Positions 29,632 through 38,375 of a DNA stretch of 64,000 nucleotides are shown piece after piece; the first letter of the stretch is position 1, and every line of letters begins with the position of its first letter. Source of the stretch: an uncultured Gemmatimonadales bacterium (GTDB lineage: Bacteria; Gemmatimonadota; Gemmatimonadetes; Gemmatimonadales; GWC2-71-9). Made by a program: the position numbers and the translations under genes. The notes below the pieces were generated by a model. The model was not told the origin of the DNA. It worked only from the letters and a program-made list of their open reading frames with translations, and did not search any database. The stretch spans positions 384,001 to 448,000 of the forward strand of contig CAVSLV010000002.1 in assembly GCA_963728915.1 (NCBI GenBank), read 5' to 3'.

Positions 29632-30911
29632 ACGGCGCATACGTCGAGGCGTTCAAGCGTTCCCCTGCCGGGCCCCTGGCGACCAGGCGGCGAGCGGCGT
29701 TCGATCGCTTTGCGAGCGTCGGATTCCCCACCACGAAGCAGGAAGATTGGCGGTTCACGCCGGTGGCGCCGATTGCCACCCGCGAATGGAAGCTGGATGG
29801 CGGCGGACCGGCCCCCGGCGCGTCGGATCTCGCCCCTTTCCGTTTCGGAGCGCCACATTGGACCACCCTCGTCTTCGTGGACGGAACGTTTGATCCAGGT
29901 CTTTCGAACCAGCCCCCGGCTCCAGCGGGGCTCCTGGTCGCGCCACTCTCAAAAGCCCTGGAGCGGAAAGACTCCCTGATCGAAGCGCGCTTCGGCGCGA
30001 TCGCCGGGGCGGAGGTGACCCCTTTCGCGGCCCTGAACGCGGCGTTTGCCCGCGAAGGGGTCGTGGTTCGGGTCGAGGCGGGCGTCGATATTCCCGATCC
30101 CATCCACCTGCTCTTTGTCACGACGCCGGGCTCGGAGAATCGCGCCCGGCACATCCGGAACCTGCTGGTGTTCGAGCGCGGCGCCCGCGCCCAGATCGTG
30201 GAGAGCTACGCGGGGATCGGGTCGGCGGTCTCTTTCACCAACGTGGTCACCGAAGTCGCGGTCGCGCCGGAGGCGTGGATCGAGCACACCCGGATCCAGC
30301 GGGAGAGCGAGTCGGCCTATCATATCGGGCTCACCGCCGTGCACCAGGAGGCGCACAGCCACTATCGCTCATTCACTCTGAATGCGGGGGGGAGCCTCGC
30401 GCGTCACGACCTCCAGGCGCGCCTGGGCGGCGAGGAGGTCGAGACCCTTCTCTATGGGCTGTATCTCGGGCGGAATCAGCAGCTGGTGGATAACCACACC
30501 GTGATCTTTCACGATCACCCCAACTGCCGGAGCTGGGAGGTCTACAAGGGCATCCTGGACGACCGGAGCCATGCGGTGTTCAACGGCAAGGTGTTCGTGA
30601 AGCCGGAGGCCCAGAAGACCGACGCCAAGCAGACCAATCGCAACCTGCTGCTGTCCGATGGCGCCAAAGTGGACACCAAGCCGCAACTCGAGATTTTTGC
30701 CGACGACGTGAAGTGCACCCACGGTGCGACGGTCGGGCGAATCGACGAGATCGCCTACTACTATCTCCAGAGCCGGGGAATCCCGCGGAGCGAGGCGCAA
30801 CGCATCCTGACCTACGCCTTCGCCGCGGAGGTGGTCGAGGAAGTGGCCTCGGAGCCGGTGCGGGACGCGCTCGACCGGCTGGTTCGCGATCGGATGGGAG
30901 TGAGAAGCTGA
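29628..30911 (+). CDS. sufD: Fe-S cluster assembly protein SufD
   Basis: FPTTKQEDWRFT, VFNGKVFV, KPQLEIFADDVKCTHGAT. Confidence 0.96.
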   Translation: MNGAYVEAFKRSPAGPLATRRRAAFDRFASVGFPTTKQEDWRFTPVAPIATREWKLDGGGPAPGASDLAPFRFGAPHWTTLVFVDGTFDPGLSNQPPAPAGLLVAPLSKALERKDSLIEARFGAIAGAEVTPFAALNAAFAREGVVVRVEAGVDIPDPIHLLFVTTPGSENRARHIRNLLVFERGARAQIVESYAGIGSAVSFTNVVTEVAVAPEAWIEHTRIQRESESAYHIGLTAVHQEAHSHYRSFTLNAGGSLARHDLQARLGGEEVETLLYGLYLGRNQQLVDNHTVIFHDHPNCRSWEVYKGILDDRSHAVFNGKVFVKPEAQKTDAKQTNRNLLLSDGAKVDTKPQLEIFADDVKCTHGATVGRIDEIAYYYLQSRGIPRSEAQRILTYAFAAEVVEEVASEPVRDALDRLVRDRMGVRS

Positions 30912-30913
30912 CG

Positions 30914-32185
30914 ATGTCGCCCGTGACGGTCATCCCCCCTGAGGAGCTCCGGAGCCGCACCGAACCGGTGTGGGACGTGGCGAAGGTACGGGCCGACTTT
31001 CCGATCCTGACCCGGATGGTCCGGGGCCATCCGCTGGTCTATCTGGACAACGCCTCGACCGCCCAGAAGCCGCTCGTCGTGATCGAGGCGATCGATCACT
31101 ACTATCGCACCGGGAACGCCAATGTGCATCGCGGGGTCCATACCCTGAGCGAAGAGGCGACCAACGCCTATGAGCGCGCCCGGGAGATTGCGGCGGTTTT
31201 CCTCGGCGCCGGATCCCCATCCGAAATCATTTTCACCGCGGGGACCACCGCGGCGCTCAACCTTGTGGCGCAGAGCTACGGCGGGTCGGCGCTCCGGCCC
31301 GGCGACGAAATACTCGTGACCGAGATGGAGCACCACTCGAACCTGGTCCCGTGGCAGCTGGTCGCCGAGCGCACCGGCGCCCTGGTCAAGGCGATCCCGG
31401 TCATGGAATCGGGCGGACTGGACCTCGAAACGTTCGAGCGCCTGCTCGGGCCGCGCACCCGGATCGTCGCGGTTTCGCACGCGTCGAACGTGATCGGGGC
31501 GATCAACCCGGTGAACGCGATCGCCGAGCTGGCCCATGGAGTCGGCGCGGTGGTGGTGGTGGACGGGGCCCAGTCTGCGCCACACCTCCGGGTCAATGTG
31601 GCGGCGATGGACTGCGATTTCTTCGCCTGTTCCGGCCACAAGCTCTACGGCCCGAACGGCATCGGGATCCTCTACGGCAAGGGTGCGCTGCTCGAAGCGA
31701 TGCCGCCGTGGCAGGGCGGGGGGGGCATGATCCGCGAGGTCCAGATCGAGCGGAGCACCTGGGCCCCTCCGCCGGAGCGATTCGAGGCGGGCACGCCCCC
31801 GATTGCGGAGGCGGTCGGGCTCGGCGCCGCGATCGAATACGTCATGCATTGGGATTGGGACGCCCTGGTTGGCTATGAGCAGGCCCTGATCGCGGATGCG
31901 ACCCGCAAGCTCCAGAGGGTGCCTGGGCTCCGAATCCTCGGTGAGGGGGCGGACCGGGTGAGCGTGATCTCTCTCGACATGGACCGGGTCCATCCCCACG
32001 ATGCGGGGACGGTACTGGACACCCTGGGCATCGCGGTTCGGGCCGGCCATCACTGCGCCCAGCCCCTCATGCGGCGGTTCGGGGTAACCGCGACCCTGCG
32101 TGCCTCGTTCGGGGCATACAACACGATCGAGGAAGTCGACGCCCTGGTCGAAGGAATGCACCAGGTCCGGAGGGTGTTCCAGTGA
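30914..32185 (+). CDS. sufS: Cysteine desulfurase SufS
   Basis: YLDNAST, NVHRG, EHHSN, SGHK and RAGHHCAQP. Confidence 0.97.
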   Translation: MSPVTVIPPEELRSRTEPVWDVAKVRADFPILTRMVRGHPLVYLDNASTAQKPLVVIEAIDHYYRTGNANVHRGVHTLSEEATNAYERAREIAAVFLGAGSPSEIIFTAGTTAALNLVAQSYGGSALRPGDEILVTEMEHHSNLVPWQLVAERTGALVKAIPVMESGGLDLETFERLLGPRTRIVAVSHASNVIGAINPVNAIAELAHGVGAVVVVDGAQSAPHLRVNVAAMDCDFFACSGHKLYGPNGIGILYGKGALLEAMPPWQGGGGMIREVQIERSTWAPPPERFEAGTPPIAEAVGLGAAIEYVMHWDWDALVGYEQALIADATRKLQRVPGLRILGEGADRVSVISLDMDRVHPHDAGTVLDTLGIAVRAGHHCAQPLMRRFGVTATLRASFGAYNTIEEVDALVEGMHQVRRVFQ

Positions 32186-32628
32186 GCACGGATCTGGACG
32201 AGCTCTATCAGAGCGTCATTCTGGATCACAATGCGTCGCCCCGGAATTTCAAGAAACTGGACGATGCGACGACTCAGGCGGAAGGCCGGAACCCGCTCTG
32301 CGGCGACGTGTACCAGGTATGGCTCAAGCTGGATGGAGACCGGATCGCGGACGCCTCGTTTCAGGGTCAGGGCTGCGCGATCTCCAAGGCAAGCGCTTCC
32401 CTGATGACCCAGACGATCAAGGGAAAGACCGTCGCGGAGGCCAAGGAGCTATTCGATCAGTTTCACTCCCTGGTGACCGGAGGAACCAGCGGGAAGCTCC
32501 CCGGCAAACTTGCGGTCTTTCAAGGGGTGAAGGCATTTCCGATTCGGGTCAAATGTGCCACCTTGAGCTGGCACGCGATGAAGGCAGCGCTCGACCGGCA
32601 GACAGGCGGACAGGCGGACAGTCAATAA
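32182..32628 (+). CDS. sufU: SUF system NifU-like protein SufU
   Basis: LYQSVILDH, NPLCGD, GCAISKAS and RVKCATL. Confidence 0.95.
   Translation: MSTDLDELYQSVILDHNASPRNFKKLDDATTQAEGRNPLCGDVYQVWLKLDGDRIADASFQGQGCAISKASASLMTQTIKGKTVAEAKELFDQFHSLVTGGTSGKLPGKLAVFQGVKAFPIRVKCATLSWHAMKAALDRQTGGQADSQ
32597..32620 (+). repeat. (GGCRGACA)x3 tandem octamer
   Basis: GGCAGACA GGCGGACA GGCGGACA at the sufU 3' end. Confidence 0.65.
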
Positions 32629-32637
32629 GGAGAGGCT

Positions 32638-33072
32638 ATGCCGTACCAAGAAATGATGATCAAGCCGATGCGGGATGAAGTCACCAGGCTCGGGGTCAAG
32701 GAGCTCCGCACCGTGGCGGACGTGGATGCCGCGCTGGGCCCGGGAGAAGGGACGGCGATGGTGTTCGTGAACTCGGTCTGCGGCTGCGCGGCGGGGGCGG
32801 CCCGCCCGGCCTTGACGCTTGCCTTGCAGCATGCAGCCCGGCCGCAGCGCCTCTACACCGTCTTCGCGGGCCAGGACCTCGATGCCACGGCCCGGGCCCG
32901 GAGCTATTTCGCGGAGTATCAGCCCAGCTCGCCGTCGGTGGCGGTGCTCCGGGACGGCGAAGTGGTGCACTTCGTTCATCGCCACATGATCGAAGGCCGT
33001 CGAGCCGAGTCGATCGCGGCGGACCTGGTCGCGGCGTTCGAGAAGTACTGCGAGGTCGCGAGTAGCGAATAG
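32638..33072 (+). CDS. BrxA/BrxB family bacilliredoxin
   Basis: VNSVCGCAAG (CGC motif), TVFAGQD and PSSPS. Confidence 0.93.
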   Translation: MPYQEMMIKPMRDEVTRLGVKELRTVADVDAALGPGEGTAMVFVNSVCGCAAGAARPALTLALQHAARPQRLYTVFAGQDLDATARARSYFAEYQPSSPSVAVLRDGEVVHFVHRHMIEGRRAESIAADLVAAFEKYCEVASSE

Positions 33073-33087
33073 CTACTCCCCAAGGCG

Positions 33088-33387
33088 ATGAGCGGTCACG
33101 TCTTCCATCCCGGCCACGAGGAGCTCCACGGCGTCACCGTCGTCGTGGAAGGCACCTCGGGACGCACCTGGGTCGGTCGCTATCACGAGCGCAACGATCG
33201 GGGCGTGGTCATGCACGACGTCGCGATTCATGACCCCGCGATCTCCCCCCAGTCGCGGGAAGACTGGATCGGCGGGCTCAGGAAGTTCGGCATCCGGGTG
33301 GACGAGAAATTCGTGATTCTGCCTCCGAAGGAGGCTGGACCGATCACCCGGCTGACCGACTGGCAGGGGTCCTCCCCGAAGCGATAA
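33088..33387 (+). CDS. Hypothetical His-rich small beta-protein
   Basis: Clean ORF with typical codon usage directly after brxA. Confidence 0.7.
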   Translation: MSGHVFHPGHEELHGVTVVVEGTSGRTWVGRYHERNDRGVVMHDVAIHDPAISPQSREDWIGGLRKFGIRVDEKFVILPPKEAGPITRLTDWQGSSPKR

Positions 33388-33452
33388 GTTGAGACTCCAG
33401 CGGCACCCGGGGGCGTAGCTGGTTTCCGTCCAACACCAGTCAGGAGCATGCC

Positions 33453-34412
33453 GTGGCGAGCAACCACGTGGTTACGGTTGAGCACGCGACCAAGCGCTTC
33501 GCCGGCCATACTGCGGTCGATGATCTCACCATGGAGGTCCCCGCCGGGGGCATCTTCGGCCTCCTGGGGCCCAATGGGGCCGGCAAGAGCACCACGATCC
33601 GCATGATCATGAACATCATCGTCCCCGATGATGGCCGGATCACCGTGCTGAACCAGGAAGCCGCCAGCCGGTCCCTGTCGGGGCGAATCGGGTTTCTCCC
33701 CGAAGAGCGCGGACTCTACAAGAAGATGAAGGTGCTCGACGTTCTCATCTTCCTGGCCGAGACCAAGGGGATCAGCCGGACCGCGGGACGGAAGAAGGCC
33801 GGAGAGTGGCTGGACCGCCTCGGCCTCTCCGACTGGAAGGCCAAGAAGGTTGAGGATCTTTCCAAGGGCATGCAGCAGAAGGTCCAGTTCATCGGGACGC
33901 TGCTGCACGACCCCGATCTCCTGATTCTCGACGAGCCGTTCAGCGGGCTCGATCCGGTCAATAGCCAGATCATGAAAGACGTGGTGGTGGAATCGGCTCG
34001 CAAGGGCAAGACGGTGCTGTTCTCGACCCACATCATGGAACAAGCCGAGCGGATGTGCGATCACATCGTGATCATCTCGCGCGGCAAGCTGATCGTGAAC
34101 GGCTCGTTGGCCGAGGTGAAGCGCGAATTCGGCGGCCGCCACGTCGCGCTTTCGTTTACCAGGAACAAGGAGCGAGCCGCGAGCATCCTGGGTGATCGCA
34201 CCCTGATCAGCAAACTGGACGACTACGGGGCGAGTGCGGAAGTCGAGCTGGCGGCCGGTGGCGACCCCGACCGGTTGCTCCGCTCGCTGGTCCAGCAGGA
34301 CGTAGGCCTCTCGCGGTTTGAGATCGTCGAGCCGTCGCTCCAGTCCATTTTCGTGTCGAAAGTCGGCGCCGATGCGGCGGTCGCGCCGGCGCAGGAGAAC
34401 CACCATGCGTAA
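33453..34412 (+). CDS. ABC-2 type exporter ATP-binding protein
   Basis: GPNGAGKST, LPEERGLY, LSKGMQQK and LDEPFSGLDP. Confidence 0.95.
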   Translation: MASNHVVTVEHATKRFAGHTAVDDLTMEVPAGGIFGLLGPNGAGKSTTIRMIMNIIVPDDGRITVLNQEAASRSLSGRIGFLPEERGLYKKMKVLDVLIFLAETKGISRTAGRKKAGEWLDRLGLSDWKAKKVEDLSKGMQQKVQFIGTLLHDPDLLILDEPFSGLDPVNSQIMKDVVVESARKGKTVLFSTHIMEQAERMCDHIVIISRGKLIVNGSLAEVKREFGGRHVALSFTRNKERAASILGDRTLISKLDDYGASAEVELAAGGDPDRLLRSLVQQDVGLSRFEIVEPSLQSIFVSKVGADAAVAPAQENHHA

Positions 34413-35718
34413 GGTCTGGGCGATCATCCGACGTGAGGTGGTGGAGCGGGTCCGGACCCGCGCGTTCATCATCAGTACCCTGTTGTTTCCGATCTTCATG
34501 GCGGCGCTGATCATCCTGCCCGGCTGGCTCCTGACCCGGAGCACCGGGACCCGCCGTCTCGCGCTGGTCGATGCCACGACCGACTCGCTCGGAGTCAGAG
34601 TGGAACAGGCGCTGGAAGCGGTGCGAATCGGTCGGGCGAACGATGCTCTTCCCAAATACCGGGTGGAGCGGATCCCGGCCCTGGGACGAACCGATGCGGT
34701 GCGCGACTCCCTGGTCCCATTCACCGGGCTCTCGCGCCGGAGCGCGGGCGGTTTGGACGGGATTCTGGTGGTCACCGACTCCACCGTCCCGAACGGCCGG
34801 GTGAACTACTACGGCGCGAACGTCGCCAGCTTCGACGAAATGCGGGAGCTGGAGCAAACCATTCGGCCGATTGTGATCGCGCGCCGGCTCGAGGGCGTGG
34901 GAGTGGACCTCGCCACGGTGACCAACTCGGTACGCCCGCTCGACCTTGCCACGACCAAGATTTCCAACGGCAAACTGACGGCGGAGAGCGGCGCGAAGAC
35001 CTTCGTGCTGGCTTACGCCATGGGGTTCATCCTGTATTTCTCGTTGCTGTTGTTCGGCGTTCAGGTCATGCAGTCGGTCATCGAGGAGAAGACCAGCCGG
35101 ATCGTCGAGATCCTGGCGTCGAGCCTCACCCCGTTTCAGATGATGCTGGGGAAGGTGGTCGGAGTCGGCCTCGTGGCCATGATCCAGCTCGGCATCTGGG
35201 CCAGCATTGCGGCGTACCTGGGCAGTCATCAGGCCGGGATCATGCAGGCCTTTGGGGCCGCCCCGGGGGCGGCGTCTGCTTTTTCCCTGCCGACCATGCC
35301 TCCGGATCTCATGATCGTCTTCTTCCTGTTCTTCGCGCTCGGCTTCCTGCTGTACGCTGCGGCCTATGCGGCGGTCGGCGCGATGTGCAGCACTCCCCAG
35401 GATGCTCAGCAGATGCAGATGCCGGTCATGCTCTTTGTCCTGGCCGGGTTTTTCTCCACCTTCGCGCTCATGCGGGACCCGAATGGGACCGCGGCGAGAG
35501 TCCTGACGTTCGTCCCGATGCTCTCGCCATTCGCGGTCCCGCTCCGGTATTCGATTTCCTCGCTCCCCATGGTCGAGCTGGTCGCCTCAGCGGGGGTCAC
35601 CCTCCTTGGCATGCTCATCGTGGTCTGGATTGCTTCCCGGATCTATCGAGTCGGCGTCCTGAGCTACGGCAAGAAGGCCAGCCTCAAGGACATGCTGCGT
35701 TGGATCCGAACGGCCTAG
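34405..35718 (+). CDS. ABC-2 type exporter permease (NatB-like)
   Basis: TM1, extracytoplasmic loop, VIEEKTSRIVEIL, GKVVG and further TMs. Confidence 0.92.
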   Translation: MRKVWAIIRREVVERVRTRAFIISTLLFPIFMAALIILPGWLLTRSTGTRRLALVDATTDSLGVRVEQALEAVRIGRANDALPKYRVERIPALGRTDAVRDSLVPFTGLSRRSAGGLDGILVVTDSTVPNGRVNYYGANVASFDEMRELEQTIRPIVIARRLEGVGVDLATVTNSVRPLDLATTKISNGKLTAESGAKTFVLAYAMGFILYFSLLLFGVQVMQSVIEEKTSRIVEILASSLTPFQMMLGKVVGVGLVAMIQLGIWASIAAYLGSHQAGIMQAFGAAPGAASAFSLPTMPPDLMIVFFLFFALGFLLYAAAYAAVGAMCSTPQDAQQMQMPVMLFVLAGFFSTFALMRDPNGTAARVLTFVPMLSPFAVPLRYSISSLPMVELVASAGVTLLGMLIVVWIASRIYRVGVLSYGKKASLKDMLRWIRTA

Positions 35719-35768
35719 TGGGTTAACAATCCGCGGTTATGCAATAAGCCCCGGCCTCGGGCGTCCAC

Positions 35769-38312
35769 TTGGATATGGGTACGAGACCGCGTCCGGGTGG
35801 GAGAGGCCTTATTCCCTGGGCTTTGGCAGCCATCTGCGCTGCCAATGTCTCGGCCCAAACCAGCGCGGTACACTCATCGCGGGCCAAGGTGCTCTGCGCC
35901 TCTGAACCGGTCAGGATAGTTCCGGCCGACTCCTTCGCGGCAAGCGGCTTCCATCGGTTTCTCTTCGGGAACAACTGGCGTTCGCTCTGGATCCATCCTG
36001 TCTCCGTTTCCGTCCTTAATCTTTCCAGGACCGCCGGAGGGTTGGAAGCCGAGGCGCGCGGGGCAGGTCACGCCAGCCGGCCGTTTTATCTGGTCAATCC
36101 CCAGGGACGGGTCTTCGGCTTTCGGGCCCTGGTGAAGGACCCCGTTCTCGACTGGCCCGAGGAGCAACAAACCGAGACCTTGCGCCACCTGGGGATCGAG
36201 CAGCAGGCCGGAACCATTCCCGGTGGGGCGCTGGTGGTGGCTGAGATCACGCGCGCCGTCGGGGTGCGGAGCCTCGACGTTCGGCTGGTGGCGCTCCCCG
36301 ATGACGCCCGGCTCGGGCAGTGGCAAAAGGATTATGGCGGGAAGGTCGGGGTACTGGAAACCAGGCTCCGTCCCCTCACCGATGAGTCCGCTGATCCAGG
36401 ACCCATTGAGTATGTCGATACCGATTCCCTCTTCGTCCTCCTCCGGAGCGATCCCAAGAGCGTCGTGGATGCTCGAGCCTTTCTGGCCAGCCGTCTGGTG
36501 GACATTCTGGTAGGTGACTGGGATCGCCATGCCGGGCAATGGACCTGGATGTCGCATGTCCGCGGATCGCAGCAATGGTGGATCCCCATTTCGAACGACC
36601 GGGATTGGGCGTTCACCAATCTCGATGGGTTCGTCTGGAGCCTGTTCCGAAAAGCCCAGCCCAAGTTCCAGGTATTCGACGGCGGAATCCGTCATCTGCC
36701 AAGTCTGATGTTGATGTCGAGGCCGCTCGATCGGCGGCTGCTCGCTCCGCTCGACCGGGCAACCTGGGATTCGGTAACCAGAAGCGTGGTGGAGCACCTA
36801 CCGGACCGCGTCCTGGCGCGTGCCGTGGGTGCCCTTCCTCCCGGAATGGATTCCTCCGGACTCACCCGGCTTGAATCCACCCTACGGGAACGCCGTGATC
36901 ATCTGAGCCAAGCATCGGCCGAGTTCTATCGTCGCCTGGCAGACGTGGTTGAAGTCTGGGGCACCGAGTCTGCCGATCACGTGGAGGTGGCTGAAGGCCA
37001 GCACGGAGCGGTGGTGTTGCGGCTCGCCCGAGGCGGGCGCTCGGACGGATGGTCCCGGACCTTCGATCCGGAAGAGACCCACGAGGTGCGGGTCTATCTG
37101 CTGGGCGGCAATGATCGGGTCACCGGCGATTGGCACGGCGGCCCGATCACGGTCAGGATCATCCACGAGGGCCATGGCAACCTGACGGTCGATTCCACGG
37201 TTAACGGTGTCGAGGTCAATGACTCGAAGTCCGCATCCGCTCTTCCGGGCAAACAGTTCGATCCCCAGAAGATGTTCCGGGACTGGGGGACAAAATTCGG
37301 GCTCAGTCCCTGGGTCGGACAGAAGGCCGGCGCGGGAATCATTTTGGGAGGCGGGCCGGTATTCACAAAATACGGATTTCACCGGGAGCCATACGCCTAC
37401 ACCGTGACCGCACGCGCCGCGTATGGCACCACTGGCAGCACTGTCAATTTCCAGACGAAAGGAGACTTCCGATTTGCCAGGCCGGGCGCGGGAGTTCGAT
37501 TCGATGCCAAGGCGCTCCAGGCCGACGCGGTGCACTACTTCGGATTCGGTAACGAGACGACCCGGTCCGAGATCAGTGATTTCTATCTCCTGCTCCAGCA
37601 CACCTACCAGGTCACCACTACACTGTATGGCGAGTTCGGAAAACACGCCGTCGCTTCGGTGGGCCCGGTGTTTTCTCGCACCGTTTCCAGCGAAGCGCGA
37701 CCGTCGCTCGCGCTCGACCAGCAGCCGTACGGTTTCGGATCGTTCACCGAGCTGGGAGCGATGGGAGACATCCTGATCGACCTGCGGGATGATCCGGTGT
37801 ATCCGGTGCGCGGAGTGAAGGCCGAGGTGAACGGCCGTGTGTTCCCAGCGATCGGAGATGTGGGGGCGGCATTTGGAGTCGTGCGCGGGGAGCTGGCCGG
37901 ATACCTGGGCACGAGATCTCTCCCGGGGACGCCCGTGGTGGCGGTTCGCGTCGGCGGAGCGCGCGGGTTTGGCGAAGTTCCGTTCTTCGAGTCCCCATCG
38001 CTCGGCGGGAAGCCGTCGCTCCGGGGATTTTCTCGCGAGCGATTTACCGGTGACGGCGCCCTCTATGGCGGCGCGGAGCTGCGATTCAATCTCGGCCGGT
38101 TCAAGATGGTTGTGCCGGGTGAGATCGGTGTGTACGGGTTAGGAGACATCGGGCGGGTGTATGTGGCCGGCGAGAGCTCCACTCTCTGGCACAAGAGTTA
38201 CGGCGCGGGGCTTTGGGTCACGTTGTTCGACCGATCGCTCACCGGGACATTCACCTGGGGTCACAGCCTCGAAGGGCAAAAGATCTTCCTCGCCGCCGGA
38301 TTCCACTTCTAG
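35769..38312 (+). CDS. Omp85/BamA-TamA family outer-membrane protein with N-terminal kinase-like domain
   Basis: Signal peptide; GDWDRH and DRD motifs; C-terminal barrel with LGG..SLRGF..RFTGD, DIGRVY and a terminal Phe. Confidence 0.8.
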   Translation: MDMGTRPRPGGRGLIPWALAAICAANVSAQTSAVHSSRAKVLCASEPVRIVPADSFAASGFHRFLFGNNWRSLWIHPVSVSVLNLSRTAGGLEAEARGAGHASRPFYLVNPQGRVFGFRALVKDPVLDWPEEQQTETLRHLGIEQQAGTIPGGALVVAEITRAVGVRSLDVRLVALPDDARLGQWQKDYGGKVGVLETRLRPLTDESADPGPIEYVDTDSLFVLLRSDPKSVVDARAFLASRLVDILVGDWDRHAGQWTWMSHVRGSQQWWIPISNDRDWAFTNLDGFVWSLFRKAQPKFQVFDGGIRHLPSLMLMSRPLDRRLLAPLDRATWDSVTRSVVEHLPDRVLARAVGALPPGMDSSGLTRLESTLRERRDHLSQASAEFYRRLADVVEVWGTESADHVEVAEGQHGAVVLRLARGGRSDGWSRTFDPEETHEVRVYLLGGNDRVTGDWHGGPITVRIIHEGHGNLTVDSTVNGVEVNDSKSASALPGKQFDPQKMFRDWGTKFGLSPWVGQKAGAGIILGGGPVFTKYGFHREPYAYTVTARAAYGTTGSTVNFQTKGDFRFARPGAGVRFDAKALQADAVHYFGFGNETTRSEISDFYLLLQHTYQVTTTLYGEFGKHAVASVGPVFSRTVSSEARPSLALDQQPYGFGSFTELGAMGDILIDLRDDPVYPVRGVKAEVNGRVFPAIGDVGAAFGVVRGELAGYLGTRSLPGTPVVAVRVGGARGFGEVPFFESPSLGGKPSLRGFSRERFTGDGALYGGAELRFNLGRFKMVVPGEIGVYGLGDIGRVYVAGESSTLWHKSYGAGLWVTLFDRSLTGTFTWGHSLEGQKIFLAAGFHF

Positions 38313-38375
38313 GCATTGCAGCCCGGACTGCCGGTCGGTGACCGAGTCGGCCGCCACCCGGGTTAGACTTGAAAC

